From contig NZ_CP019384.1 in NCBI RefSeq assembly GCF_004102945.1, forward strand, positions 570,001 through 602,000: 32,000 nucleotides of DNA. The letters are read 5' to 3'. Positions within the stretch are counted from its first letter, which is position 1. Every line of letters starts with the position of its first letter. Position numbers and translations under genes: made by a program. Origin of the DNA: Candidatus Velamenicoccus archaeovorus (GTDB lineage Bacteria; Omnitrophota; Gorgyraeia; Velamenicoccales; Velamenicoccaceae). Shown piece by piece: positions 17,709-25,539 of the stretch. The notes under the pieces are model-generated. The model was not told the DNA's origin. It did not search any database and worked only from the letters and a program-made list of their open reading frames with translations.

Positions 17709-18521
17709 ATGAAAAATCTATGTTGGGTTTTATTGGGCACGGCATTCTTGGCGGGATGCGCCGCGAACAAGGTTTACGTGAATCCCGAGAAGACCATCCG
17801 TGAGATGACTCTCGACGAGACGGAGTGCCGGACTGTGGCCGATGCCTCGGACCTTCAAGATGACGCCGGCAGAAAAAAGGAATACGACCGATGCATGCAA
17901 CAGAGAGGTTACAGGCTTGTCGCGGAAAAGAACGCCAGGCGCGTCAAAGGTTTCAAGGAGGTATGGGTTGATCCTCTCGTGGATTTTAAAGTTTACGAGG
18001 CCATTGTTATCGACAAGGTGGATGTCAGCGAGGTCCAGGTCATGAATATGCGGGGGACCCCCGGCACAAAGGTCTCGGATGCGGATATCGACAGGCTTGC
18101 CGAGCGCATGCGTGACCGTTTCTCTGTCTTTTTGGGCGCGGTGCTGCCTGTCGTGCCGCAAGAGGAAGCCGGAAAGAGAAAGATTCTGCGCATCCGTCTG
18201 AGCCTTTTGGATATCGCTACGACGAATATCGGTGTTAACATCGCCCTGCAGGCCGTGCCCGTCCCTTATATGCCTGTTTCTTCAAAGGGATTGTTCAGTT
18301 TTGAAGGCACGATCACGGATTTCTCCAGCGGGAAAAAACTGGTGACGATGGCCGACAAGACAGGTTCAGGCAAAAATTCTTCTTTGATCGGCCTGGAAAA
18401 ATTCGATAAATGGAAATATGCCTATGAGACCATTGATTACTGGGCGGACTGCCTGGCGAAGTTCCTGGCCGACAAGCGGGGGGAACCCTATAAGTCCCAG
18501 CTTAAATTCAAATTTATTTGA
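17709..18521 (+). CDS. Putative lipoprotein (possibly DUF3313-like)
   Basis: Lipobox LLGTAFLAGC at the N-terminus. The family assignment is only a recollection of the F.VYEAIVIDKVDV-type motif. Confidence 0.65.
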   Translation: MKNLCWVLLGTAFLAGCAANKVYVNPEKTIREMTLDETECRTVADASDLQDDAGRKKEYDRCMQQRGYRLVAEKNARRVKGFKEVWVDPLVDFKVYEAIVIDKVDVSEVQVMNMRGTPGTKVSDADIDRLAERMRDRFSVFLGAVLPVVPQEEAGKRKILRIRLSLLDIATTNIGVNIALQAVPVPYMPVSSKGLFSFEGTITDFSSGKKLVTMADKTGSGKNSSLIGLEKFDKWKYAYETIDYWADCLAKFLADKRGEPYKSQLKFKFI

Positions 18522-18580
18522 GAAAAAACGATGCGGCACATGTTTTATCAGGGATATTCGACAAGGGGGAGCGGATCATC

Positions 18581-19342
18581 ATGAAAAGATGGTATGAGGC
18601 GTTGTTTGAGAATTATGCGCATAAATACGATCAAGAGTGTTATGTCCATGGAACATCCGGGGAATGTGATTCTATTGAACAGGAGATAAACCGCGATAAG
18701 TCAATAAAAATCCTGGATATCGGCTGCGGCACAGGCCGCCATGCCATTGAATTGGCGAAAAGAGGATATAACGTGACCGGCATCGACTTGTCGGCGGCGC
18801 AGCTCAAAAGGGCAAGGGAAAAGGCCCTAGAGGCAGGGGTGACCATCGACTTTCAGAAGCACGACGCCAGAAATCTTCCTTTTCAGGGCGAATTCGGTCT
18901 GGCGATCATGCTCTGTGAGGGCGGTTTTTCTTTGATGGAAACGGATGAGATGAATTTTGAGATACTTAAAGGCGCGACCAGGGCGTTGAAGAATAATGGG
19001 AAGTTCATATTCACCACATTGAACGCCTTGTTTCCGCTGTTTCATTCGGTAAAGGAATTTTATGGATCGGCGGGTAAAGAAGGGGGTTCGGTTTGTAAAA
19101 GCATATCCTTCGATTTGATGACGTTCCGCGATCATAATCGCGTTGAATTTGAAGATGACGCAGGGAATAAAAAAACATTGGAATGCAATGAGCGATGTTA
19201 TGTCCCCAGCGAGATCACCTGGCTGCTTCATTCGCTTGGATATAAGAAGATAGAGGTTTCTGGAGCTAAGCTCGGGGCATATTCAAGAAACGACAAGCTG
19301 ACCACCGAAGACTTTGAAATGCTCGTCATCGCTGAAAAATGA
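18581..19342 (+). CDS. Class I SAM-dependent methyltransferase
   Basis: Motif I ILDIGCGTGRH, followed by VTGIDLS and the acidic loop HDARNLPF. Start set at the ATG at 18581, after aaggggga. Confidence 0.85.
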   Translation: MKRWYEALFENYAHKYDQECYVHGTSGECDSIEQEINRDKSIKILDIGCGTGRHAIELAKRGYNVTGIDLSAAQLKRAREKALEAGVTIDFQKHDARNLPFQGEFGLAIMLCEGGFSLMETDEMNFEILKGATRALKNNGKFIFTTLNALFPLFHSVKEFYGSAGKEGGSVCKSISFDLMTFRDHNRVEFEDDAGNKKTLECNERCYVPSEITWLLHSLGYKKIEVSGAKLGAYSRNDKLTTEDFEMLVIAEK

Positions 19343-19352
19343 AAGAAGATAA
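19280..19352 (+). repeat. Direct repeat copy 1 (73 bp): last 63 nt of the methyltransferase CDS including its stop, plus 10 nt beyond
   Basis: Compared base by base, it is identical to 22309-22381 (tattcaagaaacgacaagctgaccaccgaagactttgaaatgctcgtcatcgctgaaaaatgaaagaagataa). Confidence 0.95.
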
Positions 19353-19491
19353 AAAAGTTTTCATTAAAAATTTCGGCTGACCGTTGATACAAGCTTGCCC
19401 TGAGCGAGCGACGCGAGTCGAAGGGTGGCGCGTGATGATTTTAGGCATTCGAAGGAAGTTAACTGATGAGCGCGAAAGGAGCTATTGAACA

Positions 19492-20277
19492 ATGAGCAAT
19501 GAATCGGCTGCAGTGATAAAAAACAGAGTTCCGCATATTATCTTTTTGTATTGGGTGATTAAGATAGTCTCGACCACTCTTGGCGAGACCGGCGCCGATA
19601 TGTTTTCCATGACGTTTAAGCTGGGCTATTGGGAAACGATCTTGATCTTTATGGGTTTATTTGTGATATTTCTGACGGTCAAACTTGCCTTGAAAGGCTA
19701 TCATCCCTGGATGTATTGGCTGACTTTTACCGCATCGGCCATAGCTGGTACAGCCATATCTGATTTCATCGATCGCACCTTGAAACTTGGCTATGCAAAA
19801 GGGGCCTTGATTTTAGTGGTACTTCTATTGATAATTCTCGCCGCCTGGTACAAGAAAGAAAAATCAATAAATGTTGAGTATATTACGACCTTCAGGGCTG
19901 AGTCTTTCTATTGGGTGGCATTTTTGTTTGCTAATACGCTGGGAACGGCCGCAGGAGATTTTCTTGCCGACAACATGGGGCTTGGATTTATGCACAGCGC
20001 AGTTTTGCTGTCAGCAATGCTTGTTGTTATAGCTCTGCTGCACTTGTATACCAAGGTTTCCAGTGTGATGTTATTCTGGCTGGCATTTGTTTTGACAAGG
20101 CCTTTTGGGGCTGCGTTTGGCGATCTTCTTACTAAACCCCATGCCTCAGGTGGATTGAATCTTGGAACGATTGGATCTTCGATTGTTATTTTGACAATTC
20201 TGTTTCTCGCGATTTCCAAAGAGTCTATGCTAGAGAAAGGAAGATTGGCAAGACATAAACACGGGCAATGGACATGA
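19492..20277 (+). CDS. COG4705-like polytopic membrane protein with an internal triplicated motif
   Basis: RBS aaaggag. Motif YW.IKI.STTLGETGADMF recurs as FYWVAFLFANTLGTAAGDFL and LFWLAFVLTRPFGAAFGDLL. I recall this as the uncharacterised COG4705 membrane family. Confidence 0.65.
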   Translation: MSNESAAVIKNRVPHIIFLYWVIKIVSTTLGETGADMFSMTFKLGYWETILIFMGLFVIFLTVKLALKGYHPWMYWLTFTASAIAGTAISDFIDRTLKLGYAKGALILVVLLLIILAAWYKKEKSINVEYITTFRAESFYWVAFLFANTLGTAAGDFLADNMGLGFMHSAVLLSAMLVVIALLHLYTKVSSVMLFWLAFVLTRPFGAAFGDLLTKPHASGGLNLGTIGSSIVILTILFLAISKESMLEKGRLARHKHGQWT

Positions 20278-20296
20278 AGAAATTAGAGGAGGCGCA

Positions 20297-20983
20297 ATGA
20301 GAAGGCCGGTAGCTCTTTATCCGTTTCATCTTCTTCTGGTTTGTCTGATAATTTTTATTTGCACAACTGGATATTGCGCGGCGCAGGATATTAAGGGGCC
20401 GGTGCCGGGAATAATTATTTCCGCCGCGGAGAACACGGAAGACGCAATAGACCGTTATCGAGCAGGTGATTGGGAAGGTGCAAAAAAGGTCGTGGACGAT
20501 ATAACCCTTAAAAGTCAGGATATTGAAGATATGCTTATAAGTAGCACGTTGCCGACGTCATCGCTGTATGAGTTTGGTTATTTGTTATTCAGGTTGAACG
20601 TGTTGACATCGGACAGAAAGAGCGCTGATCAGGCAGCGCTGACCGCGAATCAAATAACAGCGTTGCTGTTGGACCTTCAAAATCTTTATGAACAGATAAT
20701 TCCCGGCGAGATCGGCTGGATGGATTATCTGGGAAGAGAGATCGCGTTGTTGTCGAAGGTCGGTGAGAGTCATGGTCTGCTTAATAAGCGGATCGAACAG
20801 TTGAGCAGCGTATGGGGCAGGCTAAAACCTCGCGTTGAAGAGAAAAAAGGCCTTGAGGTCATTGCGGAGATGGATCGGACTATCAATGAACTAAAGGTCC
20901 AGAGGTCCCATTCCCGCATAACGATCCTTGCGGATACGATGCTTGAGTTGGTAGATAAGCTGGAAACCCTGTTCGAGAAATAA
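20297..20983 (+). CDS. Hypothetical secreted, mostly helical protein
   Basis: RBS agaggagg. Signal-peptide-like HLLLVCLIIFICTTGYCAAQD. It starts 20 nt after the membrane protein. No recognisable motifs. Confidence 0.55.
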   Translation: MRRPVALYPFHLLLVCLIIFICTTGYCAAQDIKGPVPGIIISAAENTEDAIDRYRAGDWEGAKKVVDDITLKSQDIEDMLISSTLPTSSLYEFGYLLFRLNVLTSDRKSADQAALTANQITALLLDLQNLYEQIIPGEIGWMDYLGREIALLSKVGESHGLLNKRIEQLSSVWGRLKPRVEEKKGLEVIAEMDRTINELKVQRSHSRITILADTMLELVDKLETLFEK

Positions 20984-21126
20984 TGAAGATATAAAAGGAG
21001 CTGAATTGCAAAAAAAGTTTTTCTCCGCACCCATGGTTGACTGCTGATGCAAGTGACGCGGAATGGCACTGGAGGTCTTGGAAAAGACGGGCGCTTGGGA
21101 ATATAGGAGTTATAAGGTTTGGGATC

Positions 21127-21172
21127 TAATTACCCAACAAGATGCACAATATTATTACTTGTTGGGTAATTA
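21127..21172. promoter_or_regulatory. Perfect 15-bp inverted repeat (candidate operator)
   Basis: TAATTACCCAACAAG (21127-21141), a 16-nt spacer, then CTTGTTGGGTAATTA (21158-21172). A third half-site TTACCCAACAAG lies at 21188-21199, inside the adjacent promoter spacer. Confidence 0.6.
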
Positions 21173-21177
21173 TTTTA

Positions 21178-21206
21178 TTGACATTTGTTACCCAACAAGT
21201 TATATT
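21178..21206 (+). promoter_or_regulatory. Strong sigma70-type promoter for the 21239-22238 gene pair
   Basis: TTGACA (21178-21183), a 17-nt spacer, then TATATT (21201-21206). A CTGTTA-gg-TAACAG palindrome and the RBS aggaggggg follow before the ATG at 21239. Confidence 0.55.
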
Positions 21207-21238
21207 ATAGTGTAGTCTGTTAGGTAACAGGAGGGGGT

Positions 21239-21559
21239 ATGCGAGGCGTAATAAAAGGGGTACTGGCGGAAGAGCTTGAAAATTCTCTTCGGATGAAAAA
21301 AGAATATGAGGAGGCTTTGAGCAGATTGCCTAAAGGGTGTCTTGCGCCAAGAAGGATACGTGGCCATGAATATTATTATCTGGTAAACAGGATAGGTAAA
21401 AAGGTAAGGTATGTCTACAAAGGAAAAATATCTCAAGAGGAAAAAAAGAAATATCAAGAGACCAAAGAATTAAGAGCAAAATACCGAAAATTATTGTCTC
21501 AAGTCAAAAAACAAATAAAATTCTTAAGGAGTTCTTTGCGTGGAAAAGAAGCAATCTGA
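21239..21559 (+). CDS. Small basic coiled-coil protein, putative partner or regulator of the downstream nucleotidyltransferase-fold protein
   Basis: 106 aa, Lys/Glu-rich. The central RRIRGHEYYYLVNRIGKKVRYVYKG looks like a beta-hairpin. It overlaps the next gene by 20 nt. I recognise no family with confidence. Confidence 0.6.
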   Translation: MRGVIKGVLAEELENSLRMKKEYEEALSRLPKGCLAPRRIRGHEYYYLVNRIGKKVRYVYKGKISQEEKKKYQETKELRAKYRKLLSQVKKQIKFLRSSLRGKEAI

Positions 21560-22238
21560 TTTATGCCTGGAAATCTTAAGAAGGTTCCATGCGGCAGGCA
21601 TCTTGGATGATTTAATTCTGATAGGCAGCTGGTGCGTTTATTTTTACCAGGATTATTTCGCGGGCGTGCCGTACATTGATCAAGCTGCCATAAAAACCAG
21701 AGACATCGATTTTTTGATTGATGCTCCTTCTAAGATAAGACATAACGTAAGCATCCCTGAGATTTTAAAGGATTTAGGCTTCGTTACCATTTATAAGGGT
21801 ACCAAAGGATACATCAAATTAGATCACCCGGAACTTATTTTAGAGTTTTTGGTTCCCGAAAAAGGAAAAGGTGTAGACAAGCCGGTTCCGCTTCCGAAGC
21901 TGGGTGTTAATGCCGTTGCCTTAAGATTTTTAAGCTTTCTCTCCGGCAATACCATTAAAGTTGAAGTAGAAAATTTCTCCGTTACTTTGCCCCATCCTGT
22001 CAATTTTGCACTTCACAAATTGATCATCTTTCAATGCAGGTTCAGGGAGGGAAAAGCGATAAAGGATAGAAATACCGCTGTCGAAATTTTGAAAGCATTG
22101 ATTAAGAAGGGGGATGTGGATATTCTTCTACAGATTTTTAATTCCATGATTCCAAAATGGCAGAAGAAAGTAATAAAGGGGTTGGAAGAAGCAAAAGAGA
22201 AAGATATTCTGAATATATTGGATAGAGATAAATCATGA
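21540..22238 (+). CDS. Nucleotidyltransferase-fold (pol-beta-type) protein, toxin-antitoxin-like
   Basis: GTG start 8 nt after aaggag. Minimal NTase signature hG-S (G29-S30, LILIGSW) and D-x-D (D55-I-D57, TRDIDFLID). The size and helical C-terminal half resemble AbiEii/GSU2403-type NTase-fold proteins. Confidence 0.7.
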   Translation: MEKKQSDLCLEILRRFHAAGILDDLILIGSWCVYFYQDYFAGVPYIDQAAIKTRDIDFLIDAPSKIRHNVSIPEILKDLGFVTIYKGTKGYIKLDHPELILEFLVPEKGKGVDKPVPLPKLGVNAVALRFLSFLSGNTIKVEVENFSVTLPHPVNFALHKLIIFQCRFREGKAIKDRNTAVEILKALIKKGDVDILLQIFNSMIPKWQKKVIKGLEEAKEKDILNILDRDKS

Positions 22239-22284
22239 CAGGAAATTCAGAAGCGATCCAGCGCCGGGCTCCCGAACCATTTAG

Positions 22285-22371
22285 ATTTTCTGGGCCAGAT
22301 TGGATGGGTATTCAAGAAACGACAAGCTGACCACCGAAGACTTTGAAATGCTCGTCATCGCTGAAAAATGA
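22285..22371 (+). pseudogene. Orphan 3' fragment of a SAM-methyltransferase gene (displaced copy)
   Basis: Reads IFWARLDGYSRNDKLTTEDFEMLVIAEK* directly after a TAG. The last 21 codons are nucleotide-identical to the end of 18581-19342. The preceding ~24 nt are diverged but alignable (tttctgg shared; AKLGAY versus ARLDGY). Confidence 0.7.
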
Positions 22372-22381
22372 AAGAAGATAA
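22309..22381 (+). repeat. Direct repeat copy 2 (73 bp)
   Basis: Identical to 19280-19352. Identity stops abruptly at both ends. Confidence 0.95.
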
Positions 22382-22419
22382 TTTTTAGACAATGTTCGAA
22401 CGAAGGATAAACGGCAGCT

Positions 22420-23496
22420 ATGACTATGCAAAAGGGAATGCAAATCAAACAGCATGAGGTGTTACCGCTGAGGGCGCCTTTAAGCCAGCCTTTTCGTACC
22501 GCGTTTGGTCAGCACGACACCTTGGATAATCTTCTTTTTAAGATTGAACTGAACAATGGTGTCGTGGGTTTTGGCGAAGCGGCGGTGGCCACGCACATCA
22601 CCGGCGAAACGCTCTCGCAAACGCAAAATAACCTTAAAAAGTGCGGGCAGAGTTTGTGCGGGCGTAATGTAGCCGACTATTTAAGCATCTCGTCTGCGCT
22701 CCACCGGCAGGTGCCGGACAACAAGGCCGCGCTTGCCGCTGTCGAAATGGCGGTTTTTGATGCGCTGGCGCGTTCTTTAAAGATACCGTTGTGGCGATTC
22801 TACGGCGAGAGGCCGGTAAAGCTGCATACCGATATTACGATCGTCATCGATAGCGTAGAAAACGCCCGAAAGAAGGCGCGCGAATTCTACGTCCGCGGTT
22901 TCAGGGCGTTTAAGATTAAGATCGGCCGTGATAGAGACCAGGACCTGGAACGGGTAATTGCGGTAGCCAAGATCGCCAAGAATTCAAAATTGTATTTAGA
23001 CGCTAATCAGGGTTATAGTGCGGAACAAACCTTAAAGTTCCTCAAAGACCTGGAAACATATAATATTATTCCCGATCTCATCGAACAACCGGTTCCCAAA
23101 AATGACAGGGAAGGGCTGAAAAAGGTGACGCGCCTTGCCAAAACAAAGGTTTGTGCGGACGAAAGCGTAAGGGATATGGCGGATGCCATTTGGGCGGTCA
23201 AGGAAAAGGCTTGCGATGTGATTAATATCAAGTTGATGAAATGCGGGCTTGTCCAGGCAAAAGAGATTGCGTTTTTGGCCAGGGCCAATCGCATGGGCCT
23301 TATGGTCGGCGGGATGATGGAAAGCAGCCTTGCCATGACCTGTTCGGCGCATATCGCATCCGGATTGGGATTCATTGATTATGTCGATTTGGATACGCCG
23401 TTCTTTTTGAAGGACAGGCACAGACATAAATTCCTTTCAAAGAGCGGGGAGTATGATCTCAGCAAGACAAAAAGTGGAATAGACATAATACCTTAA
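22420..23496 (+). CDS. Enolase-superfamily dipeptide epimerase (L-Ala-D/L-Glu epimerase-like, MR/MLE family)
   Basis: Motifs FKIKIGRD, LYLDANQGYS, IEQPVP, CADES, INIKLMKCGL and DLDTP give the characteristic K-x-K / D / E / D / K catalytic spacing. Confidence 0.85.
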   Translation: MTMQKGMQIKQHEVLPLRAPLSQPFRTAFGQHDTLDNLLFKIELNNGVVGFGEAAVATHITGETLSQTQNNLKKCGQSLCGRNVADYLSISSALHRQVPDNKAALAAVEMAVFDALARSLKIPLWRFYGERPVKLHTDITIVIDSVENARKKAREFYVRGFRAFKIKIGRDRDQDLERVIAVAKIAKNSKLYLDANQGYSAEQTLKFLKDLETYNIIPDLIEQPVPKNDREGLKKVTRLAKTKVCADESVRDMADAIWAVKEKACDVINIKLMKCGLVQAKEIAFLARANRMGLMVGGMMESSLAMTCSAHIASGLGFIDYVDLDTPFFLKDRHRHKFLSKSGEYDLSKTKSGIDIIP

Positions 23497-23500
23497 AGAA

Positions 23501-24670
23501 ATGGTCACAGATCCTTACGCCGTCATCGCCATCTTGGTTCTCATTGAGTTTTGTGTCCTGTATTTTTCCGGCAGGCAAAGATTTAAAAAATATTTCCATT
23601 TCATCCCGCCGGTTTTCTGGATCTATGCCATCCCTATGCTTCTTTCTTCGCTGGGCCTCATAGCCGCGGAAAATCCATTTTATAATATCATCGCATCCAA
23701 CCTGCTTCCGGCCAGCCTTGTTCTTCTTCTGCTGAGTACGGACCTTAAGGCGATCTCGAGGCTCGGTAAAAAGGCCTTGATGATGATGTTGAGCGGCAGC
23801 CTCTCCGTCATGGTTGCCGTCCCCGTGGTTTTTTATCTTTTTAAAGGCATAGTCGGTAACCGCATGTGGAGCGGTTTTGGCGCGCTTTCCGCCTCATGGG
23901 TGGGAGGCAGCGCCAATATGGTGGCCGTCAAGGAGGCATTAGGCGTCCCTGAACAGGTCTTCGCCCCCATGCTTGTCGTAGATACGGTCGTGCCTTATGT
24001 CTGGATGGCATTTTTGATCGCGGTCGTCGGGATGCAGAACATTTTCGATCAAAAGGTCAAAGCCGATAGCAAAGTCATGGAAGAGCTCAAGCGGCATCTG
24101 AGCGGCCGCCAGGAGCTTAAAAAAAGTTTTTCACCAAAAGGGACTTCTTGGATTATTTTTACCGCCGTGGCCGGCGTGGTTATCTCCAGGGTTTGCGCTT
24201 ATTACTTGCCGGCCGTTGAGAATACAATCTCGACATACACCTGGACAATCATCCTTGCCTCAACCCTGGGTGTTTTGTTGTCGCTGACGCCGGCAAGGAA
24301 ACTTGAACAGTCAAACTCGACCCTGTTCGGCTACTGGCTTTTATATTTTGTGCTTGCGACTATCGGCGCCAAGGCTTACATTCGCGATCTCAACGCTGCT
24401 TTGGTGCTTATTGGGGCGGGGTTTTGCGTGATCATTTTGCACGGCTTGATGATCGCCGCCTCCGCCAAGATAATACGCGCACCGATGTTTTTGGCAGCTG
24501 TTGCCAGTCAGGCGAATATCGGCGGCCCGGCCTCTGCGCCGGTTGTGGCAGCGGTATATCAGCCGGCATTGGCTTGCGTAGGAATCTTAATGGCGGTCTT
24601 GGGAAATTTGCTTGGAACATACACAGGCATTATCACCGGTTATGTCTGTAGATTAATTGCAAAGGCATGA
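23501..24670 (+). CDS. DUF819-family polytopic membrane protein (putative transporter)
   Basis: About 10-11 TM segments with WVGGSANMVAV and ANIGGPASAPVVA motifs, as I recall for DUF819. It starts 5 nt after the epimerase stop. Confidence 0.65.
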   Translation: MVTDPYAVIAILVLIEFCVLYFSGRQRFKKYFHFIPPVFWIYAIPMLLSSLGLIAAENPFYNIIASNLLPASLVLLLLSTDLKAISRLGKKALMMMLSGSLSVMVAVPVVFYLFKGIVGNRMWSGFGALSASWVGGSANMVAVKEALGVPEQVFAPMLVVDTVVPYVWMAFLIAVVGMQNIFDQKVKADSKVMEELKRHLSGRQELKKSFSPKGTSWIIFTAVAGVVISRVCAYYLPAVENTISTYTWTIILASTLGVLLSLTPARKLEQSNSTLFGYWLLYFVLATIGAKAYIRDLNAALVLIGAGFCVIILHGLMIAASAKIIRAPMFLAAVASQANIGGPASAPVVAAVYQPALACVGILMAVLGNLLGTYTGIITGYVCRLIAKA

Positions 24671-24760
24671 TGCGTAAACTATCGGTTCTGTTTGTTGCTT
24701 GGATAGGGAGGCGGTTTATTTTTAGGAGCCGATGAGCGCACGCGTATGTGGAAGGGAGAA

Positions 24761-24828
24761 GGTCTACCCTTTTCGGGTTAGGTCCTCCTCTATAACGGTA
24801 TGCGGAGACCTACCCTTTCTGGGTAACC
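24761..24828. promoter_or_regulatory. Two imperfect 45-nt-spaced copies of a TACCC-N5-GGGT(A/T) palindromic box
   Basis: ggtcTACCCttttcGGGTTagg at 24761-24782 and agaccTACCCtttctGGGTAacc at 24806-24828, in the 294-nt gap upstream of the TPR gene. Confidence 0.3.
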
Positions 24829-24836
24829 CCGCAGAG

Positions 24837-24869
24837 TATCGGAAAAATATCGAAGAGATTTTTCCGATA
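24837..24869. repeat. 12-bp AT-rich inverted repeat or hairpin
   Basis: TATCGGAAAAAT (24837-24848), loop atcgaagag, then ATTTTTCCGATA (24858-24869). The two arms are perfectly complementary. Confidence 0.5.
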
Positions 24870-24900
24870 TCTTACGAGGCACAGGTCTCCAGGAAAGAAA

Positions 24901-24920
24901 CCCCTGGCTTTAGCCAGGGG
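24901..24920 (-). terminator. GC hairpin, terminator-like only on the minus strand
   Basis: CCCCTGGC-ttta-GCCAGGGG. On the + strand it is preceded by aggaaagaaa, which is a U-rich tract after the hairpin when read on the minus strand. No T-run follows it on the + strand. Confidence 0.3.
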
Positions 24921-24964
24921 AAATTCATTGTGAAGCGTTGTTTCGAGAAAAAAGGAAGGGCGAC

Positions 24965-25525
24965 ATGAACGTTAAAGGTTTTTGGGTTTGTTTGTTACTT
25001 TTTTCTTTAGTTTCTTTTAACCTAGCATATTCTCAAGAAGAGTATGCTTGTTCGGGCCAAGCGAAGGAATTTGGATTGGAAGGTTCTCGATTAATGCAAC
25101 AGGGCCGTTTTCTCGAGGCAATCGATAGCTTTAAAAAAGCTTTGAATTGTGACTCGAAATGTCTGGTTGCCTATTTAGGAATCGGGGGTTGTTATTCTTC
25201 TCTGGGAGAGTACGAAAAAGCAATAGAAACATATGAGTCGGCTATTAAAGTGATACCGAGATATGCTTCGGTTTTTCGGAATAGTATCGCAGCGCAATAT
25301 ATGTTTCAAAAAGAGTACGAAAAAGCAATAAGTTATCTCAAGGAATCGCTGGAATTATTTCCTGAGGACCAACAAACATTTCTTGCTTTAGGCAGCGCTT
25401 ACTATAAAGCTGGAGATTTCCTGAATGCAAAGGATAATTTTCAGAAAGCATTAAATATTAGTTTGAAGAAAAACGATGATGCAACAGCTAAAGTAGCGCA
25501 AGACGCCCTAAACGCAATCCCGTAA
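24965..25525 (+). CDS. Secreted TPR-repeat protein
   Basis: The ATG at 24965 follows aaaggaaggg. Signal peptide FWVCLLLFSLVSFNLAYSQ. At least four TPR-like units (..AIDSFKKALNCD.., ..AIETYESAIKV.P.., ..AISYLKESLELFP.., ..AKDNFQKALNI). Confidence 0.8.
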   Translation: MNVKGFWVCLLLFSLVSFNLAYSQEEYACSGQAKEFGLEGSRLMQQGRFLEAIDSFKKALNCDSKCLVAYLGIGGCYSSLGEYEKAIETYESAIKVIPRYASVFRNSIAAQYMFQKEYEKAISYLKESLELFPEDQQTFLALGSAYYKAGDFLNAKDNFQKALNISLKKNDDATAKVAQDALNAIP

Positions 25526-25539
25526 TATTTCGTGATATA

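Noticed and set aside
270-18580. Longer N-terminal extensions offered by the ORF track (270, 1195, 1956, 3118, 6975, 7636, 14294, 16959, 18518)
   Set aside because: In each case an internal ATG has a better RBS or a stop-start overlap and coincides with the start of the recognisable domain. The extensions overlap the upstream gene and look non-coding.
17669-19393. 13-nt identity CCGTTGATACAAG at 17669-17681 and 19381-19393
   Set aside because: Several 13-mer matches are expected by chance in 32 kb.
24732-24968. 78-aa ORF in the leader upstream of the TPR gene
   Set aside because: It has no RBS and an implausible composition. It spans the palindromes and hairpins and overlaps the better-supported TPR start at 24965.
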